Assembly (NCBI GenBank): GCA_041662725.1 | Contig: JBAZRX010000001.1 | Location: 85 to 64,084, forward strand | Length of the DNA stretch: 64,000 nucleotides | Origin: Minisyncoccota bacterium | GTDB taxonomy: Bacteria > Patescibacteriota > Minisyncoccia > Phycocordibacterales > PALSA-1337 | Direction: 5' to 3' | Part shown: in pieces, positions 27,031 through 35,700 of the stretch | Numbering within the stretch: the first letter of the stretch is position 1 | Layout of the letters: every line of letters starts with the position of its first letter | The notes under the pieces: model-generated | Told to the model about the DNA's origin: nothing | What the model saw: only the letters and a program-made list of their open reading frames with translations | Databases searched by the model: none | Translations under genes and position numbers: made by a program

Positions 27031-27810
27031 TTATTTTCTCTCAACTGGCTTCCTCCCACGTAAAGTAGCTCTTGTTTCCTTACTAAGATTCTTCAAAGCT
27101 TCAATAGCGGCCTTTGCATTATTCAAACGATTTTTACTACCTGACATGAATTTAGCACAGACATCTTTGATACCAGCCAATTCAATAACAGCACGAGCTG
27201 AGCTTCCAGCAACCACTCCACTTCCACGAGCTGGGAAAATCTTTATGACCGAACTACCGTACTTACCTTCAACAGCATGAGGAATGATCATTTGAGGAGA
27301 CATAACAACTTTAATAAGATTCTTTTTAGCTTCACGAGTCGCCTTCTCTACTGATAAAGCAGTATCTCCACCTTTACCTAAACCAACACCTACGCGTCCT
27401 TTATGATCTCCTGCAACAACAGCAACACTGAAAGTATATCTACGTCCTCCTGCCGCCACACGAGTCACACGACGAATATCAATAATCTTGGAATCAAACT
27501 CTGGCTTTACCCTCTCGCGTGGTTCACCACGACCACCTCTAGGACCACCACGGCTTTGACCTTGCCCCGCTCCACCATGTCCACCTCGTCTAGCTGGATC
27601 ACCTCTCATTTTGCGTCCAGGTGTAAACTTATTAGGAGTTGGAGTATTTGTTGCTACAGACGGAACAGTATCTATAACATCTATAGCAGAAGCTACTTCA
27701 GGAACCAATGCATTTGCATCAACACCAGAAGCAGGAATTTTCACATCTAAATCTACTGTTTCGTTAACAGCTTGTACTTCTTTATTTATTTTAATATCTT
27801 TGTCTTTCAT
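27031..27810 (-). CDS. rpsE: 30S ribosomal protein S5 with ~95-aa N-terminal extension (RGG-rich)
   Basis: Core 'KIIDIRRVTRVAAGGRRYTFSVAVVAGDHKGRVGVGLGKG...' preceded by 'RRGGHGGAGQGQSRGGPRGGRGEPRER'. Confidence 0.9.
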   Translation of the reverse strand: MKDKDIKINKEVQAVNETVDLDVKIPASGVDANALVPEVASAIDVIDTVPSVATNTPTPNKFTPGRKMRGDPARRGGHGGAGQGQSRGGPRGGRGEPRERVKPEFDSKIIDIRRVTRVAAGGRRYTFSVAVVAGDHKGRVGVGLGKGGDTALSVEKATREAKKNLIKVVMSPQMIIPHAVEGKYGSSVIKIFPARGSGVVAGSSARAVIELAGIKDVCAKFMSGSKNRLNNAKAAIEALKNLSKETRATLRGRKPVERK

Positions 27811-27818
27811 AATATTTA

Positions 27819-28169
27819 TTAGAACTCTAATCCTCCTTCTCTTGCAGAAAGAGCAACCATCTTAATCTTACCTGTATAAAGATACCCTGCACGATCAAAA
27901 ACTACTTTGGTTATTTTAGCGGCCTTGGCTTTCTTGGCAATTTCAAGACCTACCTCTTTAGCACATTCTACGGGTTTTAAACCTTTCATCTTACGAGTAT
28001 CAACAGCAACCAAAGTATGACCCTTATCGTCATTTATAATTTGGGCATAAATATATTTATGAGATTTGAAAACTGCCAAACGAGGTCGTTCTGCTGTACC
28101 ATGAATCTTGGCACGAACACGAGCCTTTCTTCTAGCAAATATTAAATCTTGTTTTTGTAATGTATTCAT
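27819..28169 (-). CDS. rplR: 50S ribosomal protein L18
   Basis: 'ARRKARVRAKIHGTAERPRLAVFKSHKYIYAQ...' Listed ORF extends to 28244 and overlaps rplF; internal Met at ~28169 is the likely start. Confidence 0.85.
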   Translation of the reverse strand: MNTLQKQDLIFARRKARVRAKIHGTAERPRLAVFKSHKYIYAQIINDDKGHTLVAVDTRKMKGLKPVECAKEVGLEIAKKAKAAKITKVVFDRAGYLYTGKIKMVALSAREGGLEF

Positions 28170-28179
28170 ATGCTTAATT

Positions 28180-28713
28180 TTATGCAGCCTTTTTACCTTG
28201 CTTTCTGCGAACAACTTCATCTGAATAATGAACTCCCTTTCCAAGATAAGGTTCTGGTTTCTTCAAAGCTCTAATCTGAGCGGCGAATTGTCCAACTTTT
28301 TCACAATCAATACCTGAAATTGTAACTGTATTTTTCTCAGATGTAATCTTGAGATCTTCTGGGATAGGTACAACAATCTGATGTGAGAAACCGAGTGCTA
28401 AAACCAAATCTTTCCCTTTTATATCAGCCTTATAACCAATACCTTCAATAACAAGTTTCTTTTCATAAGCCTTATTAACACCAGCAATCATATTTTTTAT
28501 ATGAGAAGCATATGTACCCCAAAGAGCTTTTGCTTGAATACTTTCATTTTGTAAGGTAAGCGTAATACCATTTGCATCAATAACAATATTTATGTGTGAC
28601 TTTATAACTTTAGATAAAGTACCGAGAGGACCTTTGATCGTCATAACGCCACCAGAAAAAGACGCTTCTGTTTTAGCTGGCAATACAATAGGTTTTTTTG
28701 CGATGCGTGACAT
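28180..28713 (-). CDS. rplF: 50S ribosomal protein L6
   Basis: Two-domain L6 'MSRIAKKPIVLPAKTEASFSGGVMTIKGPLGTL...'. Confidence 0.9.
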   Translation of the reverse strand: MSRIAKKPIVLPAKTEASFSGGVMTIKGPLGTLSKVIKSHINIVIDANGITLTLQNESIQAKALWGTYASHIKNMIAGVNKAYEKKLVIEGIGYKADIKGKDLVLALGFSHQIVVPIPEDLKITSEKNTVTISGIDCEKVGQFAAQIRALKKPEPYLGKGVHYSDEVVRRKQGKKAA

Positions 28714-28722
28714 ATATTTTTA

Positions 28723-29115
28723 TTACCAAATTCTAAACAAGACTTCTCCACCGACATTATTCTTCTTAGCTTCAACATCGGTCATAATACCTTTTGGAGT
28801 AGAGAGGAAGGTGTTACCAAAGCCACTTCTGTATGAACGAATATCACCAGATCTAACATAAATACGTCTTGATGACTTAGAAATACGTTCTACTCCATGA
28901 ATACGGGCTCCTGTAGCAAAATAAACAAGTCCAATTTCTAATTCCCTTGTAAAAGGCTTACCCTTCTTTTCAATGGTAGAAACGTATCCAGCCTTCTTTA
29001 AAGCATGTGCGACATTTTCAACAAATTTTGATTGGGAAACAATAACAAAAGGCTTTTTAGCATTACTGCTGTTCTTGAGACGAATTATAAAATCTGAAAT
29101 AGGGTCGGTTACCAT
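28723..29115 (-). CDS. rpsH: 30S ribosomal protein S8
   Basis: '[21 protein letters not shown]...' S8. Confidence 0.9.
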   Translation of the reverse strand: MVTDPISDFIIRLKNSSNAKKPFVIVSQSKFVENVAHALKKAGYVSTIEKKGKPFTRELEIGLVYFATGARIHGVERISKSSRRIYVRSGDIRSYRSGFGNTFLSTPKGIMTDVEAKKNNVGGEVLFRIW

Positions 29116-29294
29116 GATGATTTTTTTATACCTGGAATATTTCCATTGTTAGCAAATTCACGGAAGCAAATACGACAAAGATCAAAATCTCTCATGTAGC
29201 CATGCTTTCGTCCACATCGGAAACATCGACGAACTACGCGCGACTTAAATTTCGGCTTCTTCTTTGATCTTGCTATAACTGATGTTTTTGCCAT
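29109..29294 (-). CDS. rpsN: 30S ribosomal protein S14, type Z (zinc-binding)
   Basis: 61 aa. '[23 protein letters not shown]' four-Cys motif. Confidence 0.9.
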   Translation of the reverse strand: MAKTSVIARSKKKPKFKSRVVRRCFRCGRKHGYMRDFDLCRICFREFANNGNIPGIKKSSW

Positions 29295-29505
29295 TTATTT
29301 TTATTCCTTCGTAGCTCTGCGAAGCGGAGCGTAGTAGGAGATATTTTTGAACAAAACGAGGATTGGTTAGCTATTTACCTTGAGCGAGGGCTACCCTCTA
29401 TCCAAGCTAATCTGCTTCCAATCACTGTATTTCGTACAAATTCCTTAAAAACTAAGGTATTTAAGATACTAGCAGATGAGAGAAAAATGTGCAAATTTTC
29501 TAAAC

Positions 29506-30060
29506 CTATTTCTTCACTTCCTCCCTCTTCAACGGTAATCCTAAATGTTCCAAGAAAGCCAATGTGGTCTTCTTATCTTTTGAAGTAGTAACTATGGTAA
29601 TTGCAAATCCAAAAACGTTTTTCAAATCTTCATCAGATGTTTCTGGAAAAATAGTATGCTCTTTGATACCAAGAGTATAATTACCCATAGCATCAACTGA
29701 ACCACGTGATAATCCACGGAAGTCCTTCGTACGAGGTAAGGCTACATGAACAAGACGATCTAAAAACTCATTCATTCGGCGACCACGAATAGTAATGATA
29801 TAACCAATAGGGTCACCTGTACGTGTCTTGAATGACGCAATAGCTTTCTTTGTAGCACGTACAGCTGGCTTTTGACCTGTAATCTTGGCCAATCTGTCAG
29901 CAATAAGTTCTATTTTGTTCTTATCTTTAACTGATCCAAATCCATTAGAAATAACCACTTTAACTAAACGTGGTGCTTGCATTGGATTCTTAAGATTAAG
30001 TGGGCCTTTTAGAGCCTCAAATGCATTTTTACTTAATTCATTTACAGTTGTGTATGACAT
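29506..30060 (-). CDS. rplE: 50S ribosomal protein L5
   Basis: 184 aa L5 consensus. A 211-nt spacer separates it from rpsN. Confidence 0.9.
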   Translation of the reverse strand: MSYTTVNELSKNAFEALKGPLNLKNPMQAPRLVKVVISNGFGSVKDKNKIELIADRLAKITGQKPAVRATKKAIASFKTRTGDPIGYIITIRGRRMNEFLDRLVHVALPRTKDFRGLSRGSVDAMGNYTLGIKEHTIFPETSDEDLKNVFGFAITIVTTSKDKKTTLAFLEHLGLPLKREEVKK

Positions 30061-30065
30061 GGTGG

Positions 30066-30206
30066 TTAATTAAACAATTCTACGATATAACAATTAGATA
30101 ATTACACAATTCTACAATATGACAATCAAATAGCTATAAATTGTGTTAATTGTTTAATTGTCATATTGTAGAATTGTCATATTGTTTAATTGTTTAATTT
30201 TTTAAT
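30066..30206. repeat. ACAATT-family hairpin repeat A2 (largest; ~60-bp arms of 8-bp units nnAATTGT)
   Basis: Left 'ttaattaaacaattctacgatataacaattagataattacacaattctacaatatgacaat', loop 'caaatagctata', right 'aaattgtgttaattgtttaattgtcatattgtagaattgtcatattgtttaattgtttaatt'. Confidence 0.85.
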
Positions 30207-30426
30207 TTTTTTCTGCTAATTTAACTTTTGAAGCACTAAACGGCATTTCTCTAACAACTGTCTGACCTTTTTGTCCTTGCTTCCTAGCACGTTCATGCTT
30301 TTTCACTGTATTCATGCCCTCAATAACAATCTTATTACTACGTGGAAAAGCCCTAACAACCTTGCCGGTTTTACCCTTATCGTCTCCAGATAATATTATG
30401 ACTGTATCTCCTTTTTTGATATGCAT
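30202..30426 (-). CDS. rplX: 50S ribosomal protein L24
   Basis: 'MHIKKGDTVIILSGDDKGKTGKVVRAF...' KOW motif. Confidence 0.85.
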   Translation of the reverse strand: MHIKKGDTVIILSGDDKGKTGKVVRAFPRSNKIVIEGMNTVKKHERARKQGQKGQTVVREMPFSASKVKLAEKN

Positions 30427-30435
30427 GATGGTTTA

Positions 30436-30478
30436 TTTAACAATTCTACAATATAACAATTAAACAATTACAATTAAA
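30436..30478. repeat. ACAATT-family single-arm tandem array A3
   Basis: 'aacaattctacaatataacaattaaacaattacaatt'. Confidence 0.7.
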
Positions 30479-30845
30479 CGATTTCGGCGGCCTTAGAAGC
30501 AATAGTTTTGAAGCCTGCTTCACCGATCTCTCTTGGAATTGGACCGAAGATACGCCCAGCGATTGGCTCTTTCTTCTCCTTTTCAATAATCACAACAGCG
30601 TTTTCATCAAAACGAATATATGAACCATCTTTACGACGTAATGGCTTGGTCTGTCTAACAACAACAGCACGAAGAACATCTTTCTTTTTGATAGCCTTAC
30701 GAGGTTCTGCTTTTTGAACAGAGAGAATAACCATCTCACCAATTTCAGCATATCTCTTGCGACTTGCCCCGAGCACTTTAAAAATACGGCCTATTTTGGC
30801 TCCGGAATTATCAGCAATATTTACTATCGAACGTGGTTGTATCAT
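30474..30845 (-). CDS. rplN: 50S ribosomal protein L14
   Basis: 'MIQPRSIVNIADNSGAKIGRIFKVLG...' L14. Confidence 0.9.
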   Translation of the reverse strand: MIQPRSIVNIADNSGAKIGRIFKVLGASRKRYAEIGEMVILSVQKAEPRKAIKKKDVLRAVVVRQTKPLRRKDGSYIRFDENAVVIIEKEKKEPIAGRIFGPIPREIGEAGFKTIASKAAEIV

Positions 30846-30847
30846 GG

Positions 30848-31105
30848 TTATGAAATAACTTTAAATGCTTTATTCTTAGAAATCGGCCTGCAAGATTCTA
30901 TTGTAGCTTTATCCCCTATTTTCTTTGTATTACCAACATCGTGTGCCATTAACTTCGTATGTTTGGTTTGAAACTTATGATATTTCTCATGTTTAATAAA
31001 ACGCTCAATTTTGACAATAACTGTATCTTTCATCTTGTCAGAAACAACCACGCCTGAATATGTCTGGCGTCTTGGCTTATTTTCGGTTGTTTGTACTGTT
31101 GTCAT
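30848..31105 (-). CDS. rpsQ: 30S ribosomal protein S17
   Basis: 85 aa S17 OB-fold consensus. Confidence 0.9.
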   Translation of the reverse strand: MTTVQTTENKPRRQTYSGVVVSDKMKDTVIVKIERFIKHEKYHKFQTKHTKLMAHDVGNTKKIGDKATIESCRPISKNKAFKVIS

Positions 31106-31133
31106 GTGATTTGTGATATTACTTTAAATTTAC

Positions 31134-31334
31134 CTAATTGTCTATATTCTTTGACCTTAATGTTAAAGATGTCATTATTCTCGCAATATCTTTCTTTATA
31201 TTTCTACCCTGTTTCACATTCTTAGCTTTTGCTCCTGCAGCACCAAAACGGAACACTCTCAAAGATTCACGCTTTTCTGAGAGCATCTTTGTAAGATCTG
31301 GTACTGTTTTAATTGTAATATCTTTCATTTTCAT
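31134..31334 (-). CDS. rpmC: 50S ribosomal protein L29
   Basis: 66 aa 'LTKMLSEKRESLRVFRF...' L29. Confidence 0.85.
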   Translation of the reverse strand: MKMKDITIKTVPDLTKMLSEKRESLRVFRFGAAGAKAKNVKQGRNIKKDIARIMTSLTLRSKNIDN

Positions 31335-31350
31335 ATAATTCTTATGTGTT

Positions 31351-31404
31351 TATTCGTAGATTTGTATATTTGTAGCTCATTCGCATAATTCGTAAATTCG
31401 TAGT
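31351..31404. promoter_or_regulatory. ACGAAT-family motif B1 upstream of rpmC
   Basis: 'tattcgtagatttgtatatttgtagctcattcgcataattcgtaaattcgtagttt' shares the ~40-nt core with 44700..44746 and 52450..52488. Confidence 0.6.
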
Positions 31405-31830
31405 TTATATTCTAGCAACTATTCTTGATTTAACTGGTAATTTAGTTCCAGCCTTACGAAGTGCTTCACTAGCTATCTCCTGATCAACACCATCAATTTC
31501 AAACATAATACGACCTGGTTTAACTTCAGCGATAAAACCGACTGGATCACCTTTACCTTTACCCATCTTTACTTCAGCTGGCTTCTGAGTATAAGGATGA
31601 TCAGGAAAAATACGAACCCAGACTTTACCAGATTTTGTAGCATAACGTGCCATAACTTTACGTGCAGATTCAATCTGATTAGAAGTAATGCGGGCATAAT
31701 TAACAGCCTTCAATCCATATGAACCAAAAGATACTTTTATACCTCGTGTATCAGCATGAGCAGCCTCCTTGACCGGATGCATACGCATTGTGAACCACTT
31801 TCGATGTTTTACTTTTTTTGGAAATAACAT
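31405..31830 (-). CDS. rplP: 50S ribosomal protein L16
   Basis: 141 aa L16. Confidence 0.9.
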   Translation of the reverse strand: MLFPKKVKHRKWFTMRMHPVKEAAHADTRGIKVSFGSYGLKAVNYARITSNQIESARKVMARYATKSGKVWVRIFPDHPYTQKPAEVKMGKGKGDPVGFIAEVKPGRIMFEIDGVDQEIASEALRKAGTKLPVKSRIVARI

Positions 31831-31839
31831 GGTAGTTAA

Positions 31840-32535
31840 TTAACTGTTTTTCTGATCCTTCTTAAATATCTCTCCTTTATAAATCCATACCTTAATTCCA
31901 ATATCTCCGTATGTCATATGGGCCTTCTCGCGAGCAAAATCAATGTCAGCACGCAATGTCTGTAAAGGAATACGTCCACGCTTCATATCTTCGCTTCTAG
32001 CGATCTCTGCCCCTCCCAAGCGACCTCCTAGATGGATTCTTATCCCTTGTACCTCTTTGTTGGCCATAATCTTTTCTACAGATTGCTTCATAACACGACG
32101 GAAAGGTAAGCGCTTTTCCAAAGATTCAGCCACCATCATTGCAACTATAGAAGCATTAGATGCTGGACTGCGTATTTCCTCAATATCAATCTTTAGTTCT
32201 TGATTAGCAATTTCTGCTTTATTTTCACGTAACAAACGCAAAAGTTTCTCACGTAATTTAACAACTCCATCTCCAGCCTTACCTATAAGCATACCTGGTC
32301 TTGAAGTCTTAACAATAACACGCAAAACCTTTTGATTACGTTCTATATCAATTCCACCGAGGAAATTAGCCCTTAAATGTTCTACCAGAAACTCACGAAT
32401 GAGTAAATCTGCCTTGAGAGCAGTACGGTATCCTTTATTCACAAGAAACCAACGACTATTCCAATCGCGGATGATTCCTAATCTATGTGAATATGGGTGA
32501 ACGGTGTGTGACATGATAATTAAGTTAAAATGCAA
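31840..32535 (-). CDS. rpsC: 30S ribosomal protein S3
   Basis: KH domain + S3-C; probable start at the internal 'MSHTVHPYSHRLG' (~32514). Confidence 0.9.
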   Translation of the reverse strand: MHFNLIIMSHTVHPYSHRLGIIRDWNSRWFLVNKGYRTALKADLLIREFLVEHLRANFLGGIDIERNQKVLRVIVKTSRPGMLIGKAGDGVVKLREKLLRLLRENKAEIANQELKIDIEEIRSPASNASIVAMMVAESLEKRLPFRRVMKQSVEKIMANKEVQGIRIHLGGRLGGAEIARSEDMKRGRIPLQTLRADIDFAREKAHMTYGDIGIKVWIYKGEIFKKDQKNS

Positions 32536-32625
32536 AAGTCAAAATGCAAAGTTTAATCGCATTATTTGAAATGCTTGATCTTTTAATATTAAATTTTGTG
32601 TTTAAGTTTTGCATTTTGAGTTATG
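32519..32625. repeat. UGCAAA-family hairpin repeat, copy C2 (reverse complement of C1)
   Basis: rc is 'cataactcaaaatgcaaaacttaaacacaaaatttaatattaaaagatcaagcatttcaaataatgcgattaaactttgcattttgacttttgcatttt', ~95% identical to 20128..20228. Confidence 0.85.
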
Positions 32626-32627
32626 AA

Positions 32628-32966
32628 TTATGGGTTTTTCTTTGAGGCTAAGGTAATGCTCACATGACTAGTTCTCTTTTTGATTGGATGTGCTGAACCA
32701 CGAGAAACTGGCATGCTTCTTTTCATAACAAATCCTTGATCAACACGAATTTCCTTTACAAAAAGATCTGTACTGTCAATTTTGAAATTATTTTTAGCAT
32801 TAGCAACAGCTGAGGCTAAAAGATCGTTTAGAGGACCTCCAGCTTTTTTATCAACATGTGTAAGTATATTATTAGCATCAAAAACGCTTTTACCGCGAAC
32901 CATATTTGCAACAACACGGACCTTACGAGGAGAAATACGATAATTTTTAAGTGAAGCGGTAATCAT
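32628..32966 (-). CDS. rplV: 50S ribosomal protein L22
   Basis: 112 aa L22. Confidence 0.9.
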   Translation of the reverse strand: MITASLKNYRISPRKVRVVANMVRGKSVFDANNILTHVDKKAGGPLNDLLASAVANAKNNFKIDSTDLFVKEIRVDQGFVMKRSMPVSRGSAHPIKKRTSHVSITLASKKNP

Positions 32967-32975
32967 GGTAGTGGA

Positions 32976-33326
32976 TTATTTCTTTGGTGCGGCGGCAGTA
33001 GTAGCGGCTTCTTTTGCTGATTTAGCGGCAGTCATCTCAGCTTCCTTGGCCTTCAACTCTATCTCCTTCTGCATCTTACCTCCATGTCTTATAAATTTCT
33101 TTGTAGACGAAAATTCACCGAGGCGGTGTCCAACCATGTCCTCGGTTACCAAAACATCTATATGTATCCTTCCGTTATGTACTCCAAAAGTAAAACCCAC
33201 CATTTCTGGTGAAATTTGTGAGCGACGTGCCCATGTTTTTATAGAAGCTGTTGTAGCAGGCTTTTTGCCAGAAATCTTCTTCAAAAGATTTTCATCAACA
33301 TATGGGCCTTTCTTAAGCGATCTTGA
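32976..33326 (-). CDS. rpsS: 30S ribosomal protein S19 with A/K-rich C-terminal extension
   Basis: Core '[19 protein letters not shown]...[18 protein letters not shown]' plus tail '[25 protein letters not shown]'. Listed ORF starts 72 nt upstream. Confidence 0.9.
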   Translation of the reverse strand, partial: SRSLKKGPYVDENLLKKISGKKPATTASIKTWARRSQISPEMVGFTFGVHNGRIHIDVLVTEDMVGHRLGEFSSTKKFIRHGGKMQKEIELKAKEAEMTAAKSAKEAATTAAAPKK

Positions 33327-33473
33327 CATAAAGTTATAGTATAAAAAATGCTCTAAAGAGCGTTCCTGCATGTTAACAGAGCGGCCTATTGAAGTCAAGA
33401 AACCGTGCAGGACTCTTTGTTGTTTTAGAAATCTTATCTATGTTTACTACAATATAGCTTTTTATTGTTTATA

Positions 33474-34325
33474 CTACACATTAACCTTTTTTTCAGTATT
33501 TACAAACATAGAAATCAGAGAGATAAGGAGGTAGATATACCAAGGAATATTAACACCAAAAATAATACCTAGAACAACGTCAATTATAATCGCTAACGTT
33601 ATAGCATATAAGCCTAATTTGAATGCCTGTCTATAAGTTACATCTATCTTACGTACCTTGTTTATTATCCAAAATATGAATGATCCAATCGTAATTGTTA
33701 ATAAATTCACAATAGTGTAAATAAAGAATAGGCCAGCGAAAAAGCCAACAATAATAAATGGAATCACTAATTTTATATATGGCTGTATCTTTGATATCTC
33801 TTCACCAAACTTAACTTTGTCTAATACCATATTAGGTACTGACTTCAAACTTTGAACAGATAGTTTCCCTTTATTGTTGTCTGGATAGACTAGATAATCT
33901 CTTGTAAGAAACGCAAACGTCTTATTATCATCAAATAATTCAGGTGTTAAAGAAGACTTCGTATCTATAACCAAGATATTTTCTGGAATTATTTCTTCCT
34001 CAGTTTTATTACTGAATTTATTAGACAATACTTCAGGAAGAGGAATATAGTATGGTTCTTGAACATTTGTTGATACCTGACCGTCCTGGAAAGTAATCTT
34101 TAATTCTTGTGGAAATGCATTAGTTAATATATCAAATGTTTCCTGAGAAAACACATTACTAATTATTGGAATAACTTGAAAGCATGCAACAATAGCTGTT
34201 ATTATCGTTACAAGTAGAATAAGTTTAAAAAAGTATTTAAATGCTTTTCCGAGACTAGTACTTTTCTGTTCAACATAGAAAGCTGGATTATAAACACTAT
34301 CTTTAATTGTTTTGAATATTGTCAT
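33474..34325 (-). CDS. hypothetical integral membrane protein (DUF1189-like?)
   Basis: 283 aa, N-terminal and C-terminal TM clusters around a soluble middle. Confidence 0.45.
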   Translation of the reverse strand: MTIFKTIKDSVYNPAFYVEQKSTSLGKAFKYFFKLILLVTIITAIVACFQVIPIISNVFSQETFDILTNAFPQELKITFQDGQVSTNVQEPYYIPLPEVLSNKFSNKTEEEIIPENILVIDTKSSLTPELFDDNKTFAFLTRDYLVYPDNNKGKLSVQSLKSVPNMVLDKVKFGEEISKIQPYIKLVIPFIIVGFFAGLFFIYTIVNLLTITIGSFIFWIINKVRKIDVTYRQAFKLGLYAITLAIIIDVVLGIIFGVNIPWYIYLLISLISMFVNTEKKVNV

Positions 34326-34424
34326 AAAAATGATTTATTTAAATAAAACCGACTGATTCGATTAAGACTAATTGTAAAACAAATTGATAATTTTAGCTAA
34401 TGATTGAATCATTACTTATGCGTT

Positions 34425-34729
34425 TAGAGCTTGGTAAATATGTTCTTTCATAACACTTGGTTGTAATTCAAATAATTGCACAATATGACAATTTAACAAT
34501 TAAGCTTGTTTCTAGCAAAACCCCACCACACTCATGTTCTAGAGCATTTCGCAGGCGTCGGGGAAATGTAATCCGCATACCTACGACACGACGCCGAGAA
34601 TAGACGGCCTTGCGAGTCTTTCGTTATTCGAGCAAGGCCGATCGTGCTCTAGAACATGAGTGTGGTGGGGTTTTGCTTAGAGATGGCGATCTTGCGAGTG
34701 TTATGAAAGAACATATTTACCAAGCTCTA
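34425..34729. repeat. 305-bp nested palindromic element (MITE-like or structured regulatory RNA/DNA)
   Basis: Outer perfect 33-bp IR (34425..34457 vs 34697..34729). Inner perfect 32-bp IR (34515..34546 vs 34645..34676). GC-rich core with further short IRs (ggccttgc/gcaaggcc). Contains an ACAATT-family arm at 34462..34505. Confidence 0.85.
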
Positions 34730-34740
34730 TACACGGTATT

Positions 34741-35577
34741 ATGATATTATTAGTTCATATGTTTTATGAACTATTTATTAATGGGTCACCTATTCTTAAT
34801 GGTAATGTTGTTGTCGTATTTACACTTATTTTCTCATTCTTAGCAATAATCTTAGCTCTTATTACCTATACTATTAGAAAGATAAAAGAAAATGAATCAC
34901 AAAAATATGAATTCATTACTATTATCGCTCACAAATTTCGCACACCGTTAACTTCAATAAAATGGCTTGCTTTGTCATTAATACAAAAAGAAACAGACCC
35001 TTATAAAAAACAAGACTTAGAAGATATCAACAAGTCCAATCAAAAACTCATAGATCTTACTGGAACTTTGATAGAATTGACCGAAAACGCTAATTCAAGC
35101 AAAGCTTCATATGTTTTTGAACGATTATCCTTATGTTCCCTAGTGCGTGATGTCTCCGATACATTTAAAGACTCTTTCCATAAGAAAAATATATTCTTTT
35201 CCGTCAGCTGTTCGGAGGAAATTTTTGTTAAAGCTGATAGACCAAGATTGGAATTTGTAATTCAAACTATTTTAGAAAATGCGCGCAATTATACATCTCC
35301 AGGCAAGAATGTTGATGTTTTTGTGTCTCGCTTACATCGCAGAGCTATTATCACTGTAGTAGATCATGGTATAGGCATAGACCAAAAAGATATTTCAAAG
35401 ATTTTTTCAAAATTCTATAGAACTCAAAATGCAAAATCTTTTGATACCGAAGGATTCGGTGTAGGTTTATACCTGGCAAAATCAATTATAAGACATCACC
35501 GAGGTAAAATAGAGATATTTTCTGAAGGAATAGATAAAGGCTCAACTTTCTCAATTGTCTTACCTAAAGTAAAATAA
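34741..35577 (+). CDS. sensor histidine kinase (orphan; no adjacent response regulator)
   Basis: 278 aa. One N-terminal TM, H-box 'IAHKFRTPLTSIKW', N/G1/G2 boxes 'ILENARNYT', 'DHGIGID', 'GFGVGLYLAKSII'. Confidence 0.8.
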   Translation: MILLVHMFYELFINGSPILNGNVVVVFTLIFSFLAIILALITYTIRKIKENESQKYEFITIIAHKFRTPLTSIKWLALSLIQKETDPYKKQDLEDINKSNQKLIDLTGTLIELTENANSSKASYVFERLSLCSLVRDVSDTFKDSFHKKNIFFSVSCSEEIFVKADRPRLEFVIQTILENARNYTSPGKNVDVFVSRLHRRAIITVVDHGIGIDQKDISKIFSKFYRTQNAKSFDTEGFGVGLYLAKSIIRHHRGKIEIFSEGIDKGSTFSIVLPKVK

Positions 35578-35700
35578 TCGACTACTAAATCGTCGAATAC
35601 CGTAAAAATGACACGTATTTACGAGTCTTTGTTCGCTAGAATAAAGAAAAATAGTTTATCAAAAATCTTTTTAGTTGTATTTACGATAGATCTAAGCATT

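Noticed and set aside
29295-29505. Structured element in the 211-nt rpsN–rplE spacer
   Set aside because: Only a short GAGGG-CTA-CCCTC hairpin seen; no repeat-family membership or convincing RNA motif.
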